Origin: Chrysomallon squamiferum
Taxonomy: Eukaryota > Animalia > Mollusca
Length of the DNA: 64,000 nt
Direction: 5' to 3'
NCBI GenBank assembly: GCA_012295275.1
Contig: CM022665.1
Span: forward strand, 36,704,001 to 36,768,000
The position numbers and the translations under genes were made by a program. This document shows, in pieces, positions 14,121 to 28,876 of the stretch. The first letter of the stretch is position 1. Each line of letters starts with the position of its first letter. Under the pieces are notes generated by a model, which saw nothing but the letters and a program-made list of their open reading frames with translations, did not search any database and was not told where the DNA came from.

Positions 14121-14204
14121 GAAAACAGCGTTCATCTTCCACTACAAATCTTTTGCAGCTATTTCTGAATTATCGTTAAAGCAAACCCCAAAAATTTTAG
14201 GAAA

Positions 14205-14242
<38 letters not shown>

Positions 14243-14862
14243 AAACAAATTTTTTAAAATTTAAAAATTAAAAGAAAGACTAGAAAGAAAAGACAAAAAA
14301 AAAAAATGTCTTTGTCAAAAACAACAACAACTGCAATTTAGTCTCACCAGAAACACAACAGTATTAATTATAGCTATACATTTGCAAAAGAAAAATTTGT
14401 TTCTATTGGTATAAATTCCGTCGTTACAAGTATTTCGCTTCCAAGTATTTATTCGCCGAGACAGCGGTATGCTGTTTACAAAACTCGTTACGAGCTTCTG
14501 CTTATCCCAACACTGAATTGTCGTTTTGAATTTCACTCGGCACAGAAATAAAACGCGGCAGAACCTACAGGCTGCATCTGGTCGTATTATTTTATCCAGC
14601 GAAAGTATGGCCGTCCGTGTAATTATTGGCTTTTTAAACTGGCAAAGATGGGACAGTGTGAAGATAAAGGGAAATCTTTATTTACGTGACAGAATCCTTG
14701 CCCCTTTTTCGGCCTTGCCTCTTTGCAGGGCGTTAATAATATTATTATCCCGACCGCCGGACTTTTTTAGTATGTAACACATTCCTGGACATCGCTGGCG
14801 ATTTTTTTATTGTTATTTTAAGGACGACGTCATCAAATTCTAAAACGAAGGTAAATTTTAAA

Positions 14863-14898
<36 letters not shown>

Positions 14899-15687
14899 TA
14901 ATAAATGTTCCGAATGTTTATCGATATCTGTTATTTATTTTGAGAACTAAAAACTCTTATTTATCTCTTAACTGTTAATAGTAACTGAATTTTTCGTCTT
15001 AATTCGAGATAAATAAAAATTAAATGCGTTATGTAGCCGATAAATGCAAATAGTTTCATAAATAAATAAATCTTCATTCGATTATGTGGATGTGTGTAAT
15101 ATGTGTATCTCCATCAGTACGTAGATATATTTATTGTGCATTGTTATCCTATAGCCTATGTTTGCTGTTTATGTGATATATTTTATTCTCGAATTAATTA
15201 AATAATAAAATATACAACAACAGTATTTTTCTCAGCTTTTAATTATTTTTTCTTTTCCATTAATAATATCTCTTCTGGGTTTTTTTTGGGGGTGGGGGTA
15301 ATAGTAATTTAATATTTTACGTCATAATTAGGCTAACACTAACTATGATGATGATAATGATAGTAATAATAACGAGAGTATTAAAAATAACAACACTAAT
15401 AACAATATCATCGTTATCATCATTATCATCACAACAACAATAACTATATTAATAAATAAAAAAGAACAAACTGTAATTACAGATGAAAATACACAAGACA
15501 AGAGAATTATATAACGATACATTCTTTAATTTAGGAAAATCATTTCATCCAGTTCTTTTTGCATTAGCTATTAGTCCGATATTACTGATATTTCGTAATA
15601 AAACATAAACCAGTATTTCACTGTTATCTTTGACCTCAACACGAAACCACGTTCTTTGGAAAACGTAACAACAGTTCAATAAACTGT

Positions 15688-15692
15688 ATTAT

Positions 15693-15784
<92 letters not shown>

Positions 15785-15790
15785 TTATTA

Positions 15791-15841
<51 letters not shown>
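15688..15841. repeat. Compound (ACT)n-(ATT)n microsatellite
   Basis: Directly visible; one of dozens of trinucleotide tracts in the window. Confidence 0.95.
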
Positions 15842-15842
<1 letters not shown>

Positions 15843-16133
15843 CTGGTAGCCGCTTCCAATGGAGTCTCTAAGGCCAGTGAACTGGAATCAGTCACGTATT
15901 GATTTTGTATTTGGTCACTTTGATAAGACATGAGCCCACTTTACTAGATAAACCATGTGAGTCGCGTGTCTGCTGAGTTTACACTGCTGAAATTTAATAA
16001 TATTAATAATAACAACAAAAACATAACATTCAACAATATTAGCTGCTTTTCGAAAACATCTTTGTTTTATACACAGCGTCATGTCATCATCATGACTTTG
16101 ATGATGATGATGATGATGATGACGACGATGACG

Positions 16134-16207
<74 letters not shown>

Positions 16208-16559
16208 GAAGATACACAAACAAGCAAAAAAACTGGAATCTCACAGAGTATCGAATGAAAACTATGCATTCATCAAAATAAACGTTTATAATAAATAAAT
16301 TCATATAGTCATTTATCAAGAATATAAATTGAAAAGTGAACTGCAAATTAATCTTATGCTACTTTACGAGATGATAGATAAATTAAAAGTGCCTGCTTTA
16401 TAATTACCATTTAAAGTCAGGATATAACAAAAAAAAAAAAAAGAGTAAGAGATAAAATATTCTTATTTAACTACAAAAATTAACCATAATAATTGTACTT
16501 ACAGAAACAGCGATGTATACTGCACAGTAAATAAATAAATAAAATTTAAAAATAAATAA

Positions 16560-16612
<53 letters not shown>

Positions 16613-16985
16613 TATAAAAATCAAAAAAAAAAAAAAAAAAAAAAATCAAAAATCAACAAAAAAATCAACAAACAAAACAACAAAGATTCAGATATAGAGA
16701 TGTAAACTGTATATAAAAAACAAAACAGAAACAAAAGAAATTAAAATATCTTTACGTAGCTAACAGAAAACTATGTAGACTCTACTGCAGAAGTTCTTTT
16801 TGTGACTATTGCAGTAGCCATAATGATTAATAATGACGTCGGAGGTAATAAAGCATCAGGGACGACGTTGTAATGAAGTCATGTTGATGCTGGCAGGTCT
16901 AACAGAAGATGTTGCTGCAGTGGTGATAACAACAGTGATACTGTGTTAGCAGTTTGACTGGAAACACTGCTGACAGTGACAAAAA

Positions 16986-17022
<37 letters not shown>

Positions 17023-18957
17023 ATAATAATAATAATAATAATATTAATATTAATATTAATAATGATATTAATAATACTACTAATAAATAATATCTTTACA
17101 GAAAGTAAATTAATAAAATATAATAATTTAAAAGCCTGAAAGTATTATATTTAAAAAAAAAAAAAAAAAAATGAAAAGAAAAGAAATGAACCCAAGAAAA
17201 TACAAAAAATACAACAGCCTATATTTTACTAAAAAAAAAAGCACTAACACCCCAACAATTAACAGCTACATCTACGGAAATAAATGCGTATGTTTGTGCC
17301 TATAATAAATATGATGCTCTATGTGTTTATATAAATACATCTGGCGGCAATAACTGTTATGAAATGTCACATTTTATTATTTTAGTGTATATATATCATA
17401 CATATATTATGCATATCCCGTAAACTCCCATTTTGTCACAACAAAATAAAATTTTATGTTACATCTTCTTCATAAGTATGCTGTTACATTCGGTGTAAAA
17501 TAAAGTTCTGTTATGTTAGTATTAATAATGCTAATTATCGTTCATGACAGTAAAATTAATTCCGATCTCTTTAATAGTAAAGTCCAGTTTTTAAACCGTT
17601 AAAATATTTAATTTAGATTTTCTCCGTTTTATTCATTCTCATCGTTCTAGGGTTTCGATTTTATCTATTTATATACGTCACGAATATTTATTTCAAAAAC
17701 AGTGTTTTGTTTTGGTACAGTAAATTTAAAAAGGTCTTTAATTTCATCATTTTTATAAAATACTGGGATGGTGAAAATGTGGCAGAAATGTTTATATATA
17801 TAATTTTATTTTATTTATTTATTTATTATTCTTTTATTCATTCATTTATCATTTAATATTAATTTGTTTATTTTTGTGTATTTAATTATTCATTCGTTTA
17901 TTATTTATTTTTATTTTTTTACATATTTACGTATTTATTTAAGAATTTCAGTTTATTTAAAAATTCATTTGCTGTTCTTTCATTTTCTTATTTAAATGTA
18001 TATTTATATTATTCCTTCTTATTTACTTTTTTCATTCATTAGTAATAGTATCTTACGTATATGGTACCTTAATTATATAGTTTTGGGGTTTTACATTATT
18101 TTTGTTTGTTTATTTGTTTGTTTGTTTTTAGTTTCTTTATTATTTTTTTGTTCTTACTATTTTATTGCTCCATTTTGATTACTTACCCACTTAATTAATT
18201 ATCATATATTTATTTATTTATTTTTTGATTTGTTTGTTCCTTTATTTTATTTTATTTATTTTTTTGTTAATTAATTTATTCATTCGTTTGCTGTTACTTT
18301 ATTTTCATTAATATTAATTTACTCAACACAATTGTACATATTTTGCCCCGTGTGAAATGAAATATCTGTTTTTATTAACAAACATGTTTATTTATACTGA
18401 AAAATACGAGTGTCTGAAATATGCTAATTTTCTACGGATATTAACATATTTAACAATCTTTAATTATTATTCATTTATACATTTATATCTATTAAATTTT
18501 AATTTAATCTATTCTCAGAATTATGTAATGGTAGTAGTAGTAGTGCTTTGTTTTTGGCGGTGTGTTGATGGTGGTATAGTAATCTGTTTTGTTCTAGTAG
18601 TACTGTTAGTAATACTAGATATGGCAGTAATACTAGCTGTAGGTTTAGTAATAGTCGTGATGGTAATATTAGATGTTGATATAGTGATAGCAGTGGTAGG
18701 AGTAATAATAATCGTAGTAGTAATAGTAGCAGTAGTGGAAGTAGCTGTAGTAGTCGTGGAAAAAGTAGTAGTGGTAAAAATAGTACTAGTGGTTTGTGGT
18801 TGTAGTAGAAACAGTAATATTTGTTCTTGTAGTGATTGTAAAAGTGTCTGTTGAAGTAGTAACAATGGTAGTTTAATAGTATTACTTTTGTTTTTCGTTG
18901 CTTTTATTCTTATTCTTATTTTTATTCTTCTTCTTCTTCTTCTTCTTCTTATTATTA

Positions 18958-19024
<67 letters not shown>

Positions 19025-19695
19025 TTTCCATTATTAAACTGTTCGTTGTTTTGTTTTGTTTTTTATTTAATTTATTTACCGCTTAATTTATTTATTTTAT
19101 TTTTATTTTTTATTTTTATTTTTTTCACTTCTCATAAAATTAAAACCAGCTGCATCATCTATTGAAATAACATTGATAAAGGTATAAAATACTTCTTTTC
19201 AGTTCAAATTAATCAAAAATTTCACAATAAGCAAAATCTAAAAAATACTGTAAACCAGAAACAATTTACAATGATGTCGATAGTGTATGTTCTTTCATTC
19301 AGAAACTTTAAAATTAGAAAACCAAAAAACCAGACAACTACAGCTACTTTTGCTTGTAGAAATACAACAACGACGCTACGACAATAACTATTACTTCAGC
19401 TATTACTATTACTACTACTAATATTATTACTACTGCTGCTACCTCTAATAGTATTACTACTGCATCTGCTACTACTACTACTACTACTAGTACCGCCATT
19501 ACCGCTAATATTTCTACTACTGTTACTACAAGAAGAACGTATAATAATAATAATAATTATGCAGCAAAACAAACAAAAAAAACTACCGGACATGATGATG
19601 ACGATGATGATGATGATGATCATGATGATGTATAAATATTTACTGACAATTTATTAGATGTCATATATTTTTATATTATAAAAAAAAATAACAAA

Positions 19696-19730
<35 letters not shown>

Positions 19731-19870
19731 AATGCGCTGTAGCCACTATTAACTATACTGATTGATTAGTATCAAAATGATCCTGTCGATGTACTTTTTC
19801 CATGTACAGGAAAGCACATATTAAAGTCTTTGAAACATCCAGCGCGCTGCACTGGATGGAATGGGAAATG
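19731..19870 (-). mobile_element. Degenerate SINE fragment (Deu/Nin-domain-like, gastropod type)
   Basis: Aligns by eye with 26232-26330 (acaggaaagca-atat...aatgggaaat) and with the reverse complement of 52798-52897 (gcactgg..g.aa.gggaaa). Resembles, from recall, the molluscan tRNA-SINE core ...GCATATAAAAGATCCCTTGCTGCTAATC...GCGGGTTTC. Confidence 0.6.
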
Positions 19871-19987
19871 CCCCCAAAAAATAATAACAACAGTAATAAC
19901 AACAATAACAGTAACAATAATAATAGTAATAATAATAATAACAGAAACAACAACAATAATAATAGCAATAGTGACAACAACAAAATC

Positions 19988-20020
<33 letters not shown>

Positions 20021-20289
20021 CAATTTCATCATTATTATTATTATTATTATTATTATTAATAATTATTATTATTAAATAATAATTATTATATAATAAAAAC
20101 AACTACTGATATAGTAAAAATAATATCAACAACAGTAATTGTAACAGTAAAAATAACAGCAACTACAACAACAGCAATAACAATAGTGAAAGATCATACT
20201 CTTCCCTATTCAAATCCTGTCTGCGTTGTTCTGGAATGCATTCGTATACACAAAACAATACGTCTATTACAAACACAAACTGCGACTGT

Positions 20290-21800
20290 CAACCATGGTG
20301 TATAAAATCTAAACTCTGAAACAACGTGTAACATTAGTGCAGTAATTTTAATCTCTGCGGTATATAAATACACATTCTGAATACATCGGTATAGTTTTCG
20401 TTTTCAGCTCCTGGGTAAACAGATTTTACATACTGAAACAATATAAGCTCAAATACATAGTCTTATCCTTTATTTGCATCTCTTACACATGCATAATAAA
20501 AGGAAGAAAAATTGCAGTCACGTAGTCTTGATTAACAAATAACAATGGTTGTGTTTATTTTGAGTTCGGCGCATACATAAATGCTTCCTGAAATAATATA
20601 TTGTTATTTCGACCTCAGCAGTATGTAGAGAGAATAACTAGTTACTGTCTTAAGATACTGGTTTTATCTTGTGAAGGTGAGAATGGCCCGATTAAGCGAG
20701 GATCTGCCGAGCTGCATCTAGCCATTCGACCTGAGCAGGACAAAGTTGAAATCTGAAGAGAGTAACCAGTTATTAATTTCATCCCGCAGTCTTAAATATT
20801 ACACAAAGTAAATGAAATAAACTGTTTTATTTGTCAACTCTACGCGTTCGATAGTAGTAGGTTCACGTGTATTGATTTTCGTTGTCGCCTACAAAGACTA
20901 TACATCAAAACAACAATTCTTAAATAACAACAGTTCGTTTGTTATTTTTTTTAAATGAAAACTATTTTCACAATGGATTTTTAAGATCTAAACCAGTAAT
21001 TAAAGAAGTATCTTTGAAAAAATATATATTACAAGTAATTTATCGAATTCGAAAATACTGAAAGGTTATTATATCTTGCCACTATATACAATGATTGCAG
21101 GATATATTGAAACATTAATTACAGAACGTAAGTAGTAGTTCTAATTTTCAGCTCGGGATATAGATATATCTATATAGGTTCTTATTTCCAGTTCCAGGGT
21201 AAGAAATACAGTACTGAAATAACATAAAGCATTAGTATTTTTTATTTTGACTCCTGCAGTATATAGTTATATATACTGAAACAATAATAACAGAACCTAA
21301 ACATTAGTCTAATTTTTAGCTCGGGATATACAAAAATCTATATAGGTTCTTATTTTCAGTTCTAGGATATAAATTAATGAAACAACATTAAACAACACTG
21401 TTAAAGTTATTTTCTGCTCTGTAACATGTAAATATACAGAAACGTAAGACATCAGTGTAGGTAGTTTTTTTTATAGTTTTTTTTCACTTCTGGGGTATAT
21501 CAGATATACAAACTGACAGAATATAAAAGAGAAGTGTAGACAGAATATTACTGATGTTCGTATTTGCAATATTCATACTGACATTATACAATGTTCCTTG
21601 GGAACAATCTGCGGTTATTTTCATACTGAGAACAATCTTCATTTCTTATATTCAGTCCTGGGCCATAAATATTTTATATTGAAACAATATACGAAAATGT
21701 CCTGTTATGTTATTTTCAGTCTGTCGGAACATAGAACAGTACTCAGTTTTTTTCTTCTTCTTCTTCTTCTTCTTTGTTCAGCTCTGAAACAACAAGAACG
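20290..21800. repeat. Degenerate ~50-60-bp tandem array, interrupted by a dispersed repeat
   Basis: Recurrent ACTGAAACAATA and TTTTCAG(C/T)TC(T)GGGATATA. Near-identical ~55-bp copies at ~21140-21194 and ~21308-21362. Confidence 0.65.
20630..21050 (+). mobile_element. Dispersed repeat, copy 1 (probable non-autonomous transposon remnant)
   Basis: Colinear with 44640-45020: gaataact..actgtctta, agaatggc, taaatgaaa..gttttattt.tcaactc, tcgcctacaaa, ttcttaaataac, tttaagatctaaac, acaagtaatttat. No termini or TSD resolved. Confidence 0.65.
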
Positions 21801-22396
21801 ATAAAGCTGTAATTATTTTCACATCGAATTTATACAAGTGTTCATCCTAAAAACGCAGATACAGAATTATACATATTTCTTCCTCTGTTTGGTTCTTTTT
21901 TTATTTCTAGCCTTTTAATGTTCTCGATGCATTTACAAACGTGCCAACCCACGTAGAATTAAATTGCTAAAAATAATAGTAATTCAATAACCGCAATGAT
22001 AATTATTCGAATTATTACACGGCGTTCTGTCAGTTATGAGTAATAACAAATACATATAAAAATTATATTTTGTTTGACTTCATTAAATATAATATGTGTA
22101 CTTGATTATGTAAGGTTACGCACAATAAAATAGTAATACCAACGCCAGCTGTATCAATAAGGCAACCCGTAATAATACTCATGCTGATAATATCGAAGAA
22201 GAAGATGATGATAGCAATAATGAGTAGAGTAGATGATGACTCCGATGATGATGTTGTTAATCATAATAATAAAGGTTAACCTAACGGTTTCATTAAGGAT
22301 ATACAAAACGGTACAAAATTAATCATTTTTTATACATTTTTGCAGACAAAATGTAAATAACATAAATATACCATGAACCTAGGGCAGTACTGTCCC

Positions 22397-22399
<3 letters not shown>

Positions 22400-22492
<93 letters not shown>
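22400..22492. repeat. (CT)n microsatellite
   Basis: Directly visible. Confidence 0.97.
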
Positions 22493-22494
<2 letters not shown>

Positions 22495-22996
22495 GTCTCT
22501 CTTTCTCGCTTTCTCTCAATATTTCATTTTTTCTAGTCTTTCTTTATTATCTCTATCACTCTCTTTCTATCTCTTTTGCTCTATCTACGTGTCTATCTGT
22601 CTATTTGTCTGTTTGAACTTCTCTCTCTAATGAAGTGAAAATTCACAAAGAAGAAATGCCAGCGTGTTTCACCTCTGTGGCACAGTCTTTCAGAAGCAGT
22701 GAAGAAATCGTATGAACTTGTGGTAAGAACACAGATCAAACACGTTATGCGTAATACTCCCAATCGTCAATTACACAGATAATATCTTTTGTTACGTAAC
22801 ATATACTTGTTTTAAAACTACACATAACGAACGTTCAGTCATGTCTGCGTTGATATACAGGGTTTTTTCTTTGTATTTTTCTCTCTCTGGAATGGGTTGC
22901 TTTGATTGTTTTCTTTTTTCAAACTTCAATTTATTTATAGTCCGATACAAATGGTAATGTACAATATGGAACTGCACTACTACTACTAATAAAAAC

Positions 22997-24350
22997 GGTA
23001 TGGTATGGTATGGTGTGGTATGGTGTGGTATGGTCTGTTGTTGTGATGTGATGTGTTATGGTGTGGTGTGGTGTGGTGTGCTGTGGTGTGGTATGTGTGG
23101 TATGGTATGGTACGGTACGGTATGGTAAGGTGTGGTATGGTGTGGTATGGCGTGGTGTTGTATGATGTGATGTGGTATGGTATGGTATGGTATGGTGTGG
23201 TATGGTATGGTATGGTATGGTGTGGTATGGTCTGGTGTTGTATGATGTGATGTGTTATGGTGTGGTGTGGTGTGGTATGGTATGGTATGGTATGGTGTGG
23301 TATGGTGTGGTGTGGTATGGTGTGGTATGGTGTGGTATGATGTGGTATGGTGTGGTATGGTGTGGTGTTGTATGATGTGATGTGTTATGGTGTGGTGTGG
23401 TATGGTGTGGTATGGTCTGGTGTTGTATGATGTGATGTGTTATGGTGTGGGTGGTGGGTATGTGGTGTGGTGTTGTATGATGGTGTGGTATGGTATGGTG
23501 GGTGGTGTGGTATGGTGTGGTATGGTGTGGTATGGTGTGGTGTTGTGTGATGGTGTGGTGGTGGTGTGGTATGGTGTGGTATGTGGTATGATGTGGTGGT
23601 ATGGGTATGGTGTGGTGTTGTATGATGTGATGTGATATGGTGTGGTATGGTGGTGGTGTGGTGTTGGATGTGATGGGTATGGTCTGGTGTATGGTATGGT
23701 ATGGTGTGTGTGCATGATTGTGGTATGGTGTGGTGATGTGGTATGGTATGGTATGGTGTGGTGTTGTATGATGTGATGTGGTATGGTATGGTGTGGTGTT
23801 GTATGATGTGATGTGGTATGGTGTGGTATGGTGTGGTATGGTATGGTATGGTGTGGTGTTGTATGATGTGATGTGGTATGGTGTGGTATGGTGTGGTGTT
23901 GTATGATGTGATGTGGTATGGTGTGGTATGGTATGGTATGGTATGGTATGGTGTGGTGTTGTATGATGTGATGTGTTGTTATGGTGTGGTGTGGTGTGGT
24001 ATGGTATGGTGTGGTGTGGTATGGTATGGTATGGTATTGTATGGTATGATGTGGTATGATGTGGTATGGTGTGGTATGGTATGGTATGGTATGGTGTGGT
24101 GTGGTATGGTGCGGTATGATGTGGTATGGTGTGGTATGATATGGTATGGTATGGTGTGGTATGGTATGGTATGATGTGGTATGATGTGGTTTGGTATGGT
24201 ATGGTGTGGTATGGTATGGTATGGTATGGTATGGTATGGTATGGCATTGTTTGGTATGCTACACTAAAGCTTGGTATGCCATGGTGCGGCATGGTTTGAG
24301 AGGATTGTGTGGGTTTGGCGAATTAGGGTGTGGTGGGGTATGGTATGGTA
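22997..24350. repeat. ~1.3-kb pentanucleotide satellite (TGGTA/TGGTG/TGATG)n
   Basis: 5-bp periodicity with a recurrent cassette TGGTGTTGTATGATGTGATG, decaying into degenerate 5-mers to ~24500. It is the source of the 345-aa ORF. Confidence 0.95.
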
Positions 24351-24733
24351 TGGATGGGGGAGGTGCAGAATATGATTGAATGGTATAATATGATATGGGG
24401 CGGAGCACTCTGGTTTAGTGTAGATTGATACGGCTAGGGATGGTGTTGTATCCTGAATGGCACTGTGCGGTACAGCACTTCATAGTACGTCATGGTACAA
24501 TAGAGTTACAACACTGTGGAATTTAGTAGACAAAACAACATTTTCTTTAGTTTTATTTGCTTAGGTTAATTCACATCAGTTAAGTTAATATGTTGAAATT
24601 TATTTTTGTTTGGTTTGGTTCTGTTTTGTTTTGTTTTAGTTCCATTTGATTTGGTTTCTTTGAATTAAATTTTAATGTAGTTTATTTCATTTGTTTTCGT
24701 TTTGTGATTTGTGTTTCAGTGTTGTTTTCCATT

Positions 24734-24927
24734 TATGACTGTAATCTGACTAATTCTTAACACTATTCAGACAAAAGCAATGCACTTACTAGATGTATCA
24801 TCTAGCGTTCTTTTAAAAAAAAAAAAAAAAATTAATAATAATTTGATTCGTGCCAGATACAAAATAAAAGCGTGAACCCACAGTACTTAAGATTGAATCG
24901 ATATTTACCAGTTTAAAAAAACTGTCC

Positions 24928-24986
<59 letters not shown>

Positions 24987-25006
24987 TCACCATTACCATT
25001 CTTGTT
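24734..25006 (+). repeat. Direct repeat, copy 1 (~270 bp)
   Basis: tatgactgtaatctgac...ccattaccattcttgtt is nearly identical to 28540-28794. Confidence 0.93.
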
Positions 25007-25792
25007 TCTGGTATTTTTAATGTCTTTATTTATTTATTTTTATGTTTTTTTCTTTGATTGGGCGGTATTTTTTGTAGTTGTTGTTTTGTGTGTGTTTGTT
25101 GTTTTTTAAATGTTTATGCCAGTTATTGTTATTTATATTTTCGTTTTCCTTCATATTTTTAACTTTATTTTATAATGTCCAGTATTAATGTTTATTTGCT
25201 TTGAACAAACTATCGATCATTTTTTTAATTTATTCCAATTGGTCAATTCTGGAGCTAAAAGAACCAAGTGAAAATGGATTATTTGTACAAACCTTAGAAA
25301 TAAATTATTTAAAGTAAATTAAATTTAAATAAAACAATATTAAATAAAAATAAATATGAAACAAAATAAAATAACAACGCTAAAATAACTTTTAAAAAAT
25401 ATTAATCTTATTTAATTTTGTAATTTTGTATTTCTTTTTTATATATTATTTCTGGTGTGTTTCTCATTTATTTATATCTTTTAAATAAATAAATAAATTT
25501 AACAACAAACAAATACCAGTGAAACAAACAAACAATCAAACAAATAAATTTTGTTCTAAAATGGAATGGTATTTAGCTCGATCTAAACTAATTTTGATAA
25601 CATTTGAGCACTCATCTATTTAATCTAAATGTTCATATCTAAACTACTTCAGTACAGCTTTTTGCAGATTTGAACTAACATTTTATACCTCTAATTTTGA
25701 TCTCTCTAAACTAATTTTTTATAGATCTAATGTCGACCAATTTGAACTAACATTTTATAACATACACGTTTGGCCGATTTAAACAAACTTTC

Positions 25793-25824
<32 letters not shown>

Positions 25825-26231
25825 CCATTTAAACTATTTCATTATAATTTTTACTTCGTTTTAATCATTTTTCAGTATCAGTTTTTACCGAAATAAACAC
25901 TACAGACTATTTTGTCAATCTAAATTATAATTTTTAACCTGTTTGAACTCTGTTAGTACCAATTTTTCTTCACCAAAAGACCAGTGTTACAAGTCAAATG
26001 CCAGGTGTAATTTCACACTGACAGAAGACACTTTATCAATGTTTGCTAGATGCAAAACACACCCAAAAAAAATATGTCCATATCTCTGTACACGAGGAGC
26101 AAGCAAAGGGTATGTTCAAATGAATGACTTCTGATAGCTATTGATAACTCGCCAAAATATCACACCACTCAAAAACGTATTTGTTCAGTGCTTTCTTAAT
26201 TACATAATATGATATATGCGAGCCAGTTGGT

Positions 26232-26330
26232 ATATTTTTACGTGCATACGCCTCATAGACAGGAAAGCAGATATCATTGCCTCTGATAAATCAATCCGTG
26301 GAGCCCAAATGGGAAATAGCCAATAGGAGA
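26232..26330 (-). mobile_element. Degenerate SINE fragment (same family as 19731-19870)
   Basis: ttttacgtgcatacgcctcatagacaggaaagcagatatcattgcctctgataaatcaatccgtggagcccaaatgggaaatagccaat aligns with the 19.8-kb copy. Confidence 0.6.
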
Positions 26331-26456
26331 GCTTAGAAAAAACTGATCAAGTAGTAAATAATAGATTTAGACTAGATATCTGTGTGTGTGTATATCTATC
26401 TTTGAACGTATCTATGTGTCTATGTATCTGTGTATGCATGTAAGTATTTAACTGTA

Positions 26457-26492
<36 letters not shown>

Positions 26493-27949
26493 GTGTGTTT
26501 GTGGGTGTATAATGTAGGTATATGTATATGTGTGTACGTGTACGTGTATATAATACTTATATATCTATGTTTGTATGTATGCACGTATGCTTATACAAAT
26601 ACTCTTATAACATAACCTATTCACCTTTTAAAATTGATATTACAATTACCATTACGCGAAATGAAAATTCTATGATACGCTGGATGAAGAAAATATTCTA
26701 AATTCACAACAACAAAAAATACTTAATTTAAAACTGTGACACTCTAAGGCGCGTCTCGCACGCTTTCTTACCTTTCAAGCAAGTCATCTGTTTTCATACA
26801 TTAAGGCGTGGATCTTAATAGGGAAGCCAGCTGATTTTTACTGAAGGTTCAAACCCGAAAAAAATCGTTATCTTCTTTTATATCGAATTTCAGTTTTGCC
26901 AATATAAATTATCATGTTTTAAGTCCCCGAATACTCACCTTTCAAGAACACCTGTAACAGAACGGTTTTGACAGTGATCTATGGGAACTTATAGCTTCAT
27001 CGGACATTTGCAAAAATTCGATTTTACCGGTGCGATTATGTGTTTGCACTTTCTAAAAGCCGCATGCATGTGTTCCAACAGTGAGAAAGTTTTATAAAGT
27101 AATATAATTACAGAGGTTTTGTTTGGTTTTATTTTATTTTTATTTTATTTTATTTTATTTTATTTTATTTTTCTATTTTATTTTACTGATTTATTTATTC
27201 TTTTATCTACTTACTTGTTGTTTTTGGTTTTTTTTTTTTTTTTTTTTATGTTTGTTTATTTATTTGTTTATATATTTTATTTATCTTATTTATCTTATTT
27301 ATTTATTTTACAATTCGTTATTTTTGTAGTGTGCTAGTTAGTACAACATACGAAAATAGATGTTTCTTGAAAAATATATATATTTTTTTTTACTTAAATA
27401 TTATTTAAAGTCGCCTGTAGTGTTTGTAGTTATCTCTATCAACTGATTAAAAAATATTAAAGTTAATAAATTTGTTCAAAGTCACCATAAATAATCTTAC
27501 TAATAATAATTATTGAATATCAGGATTATTAAATCTGAGAAAACCATGCAGTTCTTTTTAAACAGAAAAGTTTTTACTTTTACATTTAATTCTAGAGTCG
27601 GGAGCGACTCGCTGGATCGGAAAATAGCACACAGAGTACACAAAGAAGGCTTGACCACGTTTCCTGCAGAGATTTCATCACTGAAACAAGGCATATTTTA
27701 AAGTATTCTTTTTTTTTTTTTTAACAATGTCCTTGTACATATGAGCAGTACGTCACTGTTCGCCTTATGATAAAGACAAATGCTATTTCAGGATGAATTT
27801 CGTTGTAAAAGTTTTCAGAATGACATCCTGGCAAGTTTTCCTGGTTTGGTCGACAAGCTCTAGACATCATTCTAAGCTCTAATTCTCTTTTGAGAATTTG
27901 CGTGACTACTGACATTCATGTCTATTATATATATATATATATATTTTTT

Positions 27950-27984
<35 letters not shown>

Positions 27985-28539
27985 ACTTGAAAAAAAAAAG
28001 ATGGAATGATGGAACGAGAGAAATAATAATAAAAAGAGAGAAGACAACCTTGAAGGTGAGAATGTTAGCGATGTGGACAGAGATATACACAGACAAACAG
28101 ACAGTGAACCAATAAACGAATTAACTAGATCGCTTGTTTTTTCTTTTTCCTTTATTTATTTATTTATTTATTTAATTTAATTTAATTTTTTAATTTTTTT
28201 TTAAATTTTATTTAATAGCGAGATTTTAAAAATGATATATTATTAATTAAACTGAGAACTGTACAGAGTTTAGCTTCGTGTATTTAACCAAACTAAATTA
28301 ACGGAAATAAAATGACGAAAGCACTAAACGAAAAGGCACTGTGTGTGGTTTTAAGAAACAAGTTCTTTGTTTTCTAATATTTCTGAGATTTGCCAAGTCA
28401 CAGAACTGATTCTCACGTGTGCATATTCCATTCCAGTCAAAGTTCCATGACTTCTTTATCAAAGGCAGTTGGATAAGCTTTCAAAAATGTATCTAAGGAT
28501 CGAATGGCAGAAAAGTAATCAGAATGCTCTAGCGTTGAA

Positions 28540-28728
28540 TATGACTGTAATCTGACTAATTCTTAACACTATTCAGACAAAAGCAATGCACTTACTAGAT
28601 GTATCATCTAGCGTTCTTTTAAAAAAAAAAAATTAAAAATAATTTGATTCGTGCCAGATACAAAATAAAAGCGTGAACCCACAGTACTTAAGATTTAATC
28701 GATATTTACCAGTTTAAAAAAACTGTCC

Positions 28729-28774
<46 letters not shown>

Positions 28775-28794
28775 TCACCATTACCATTCTTGTT
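28540..28794 (+). repeat. Direct repeat, copy 2
   Basis: Differs from 24734-25006 only by poly-A and (ATT)n lengths plus about 2 substitutions and a 1-nt indel. Confidence 0.93.
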
Positions 28795-28876
28795 GTATTT
28801 GTATACATTTTGCTTAATAATGATAAGGGTCACTGAGGTGTTCTCGTACACGGATTAATGGCTATCACGGATAAAT

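Noticed and set aside
16793-16815. ttttgtgactattgca, resembling the complement of miR-153
   Set aside because: Imperfect, with no partner arm to form a precursor hairpin.
23255-24292. 345-aa His/Thr/Pro/Tyr-rich ORF
   Set aside because: It is the translation of the (YACCA)n strand of a pentamer satellite that lacks stops in all frames; there is no splice or promoter context.
26800-26860. tRNA-Leu-like words (taaggcg...ggttcaaacc)
   Set aside because: No acceptor, anticodon or T stems can be formed; at most a decayed SINE head.
24734-28794. LTR retrotransposon interpretation of the direct repeats
   Set aside because: No TSD, PBS/PPT or gag-pol remnants; the interior is ordinary AT-rich DNA containing an old SINE fragment.
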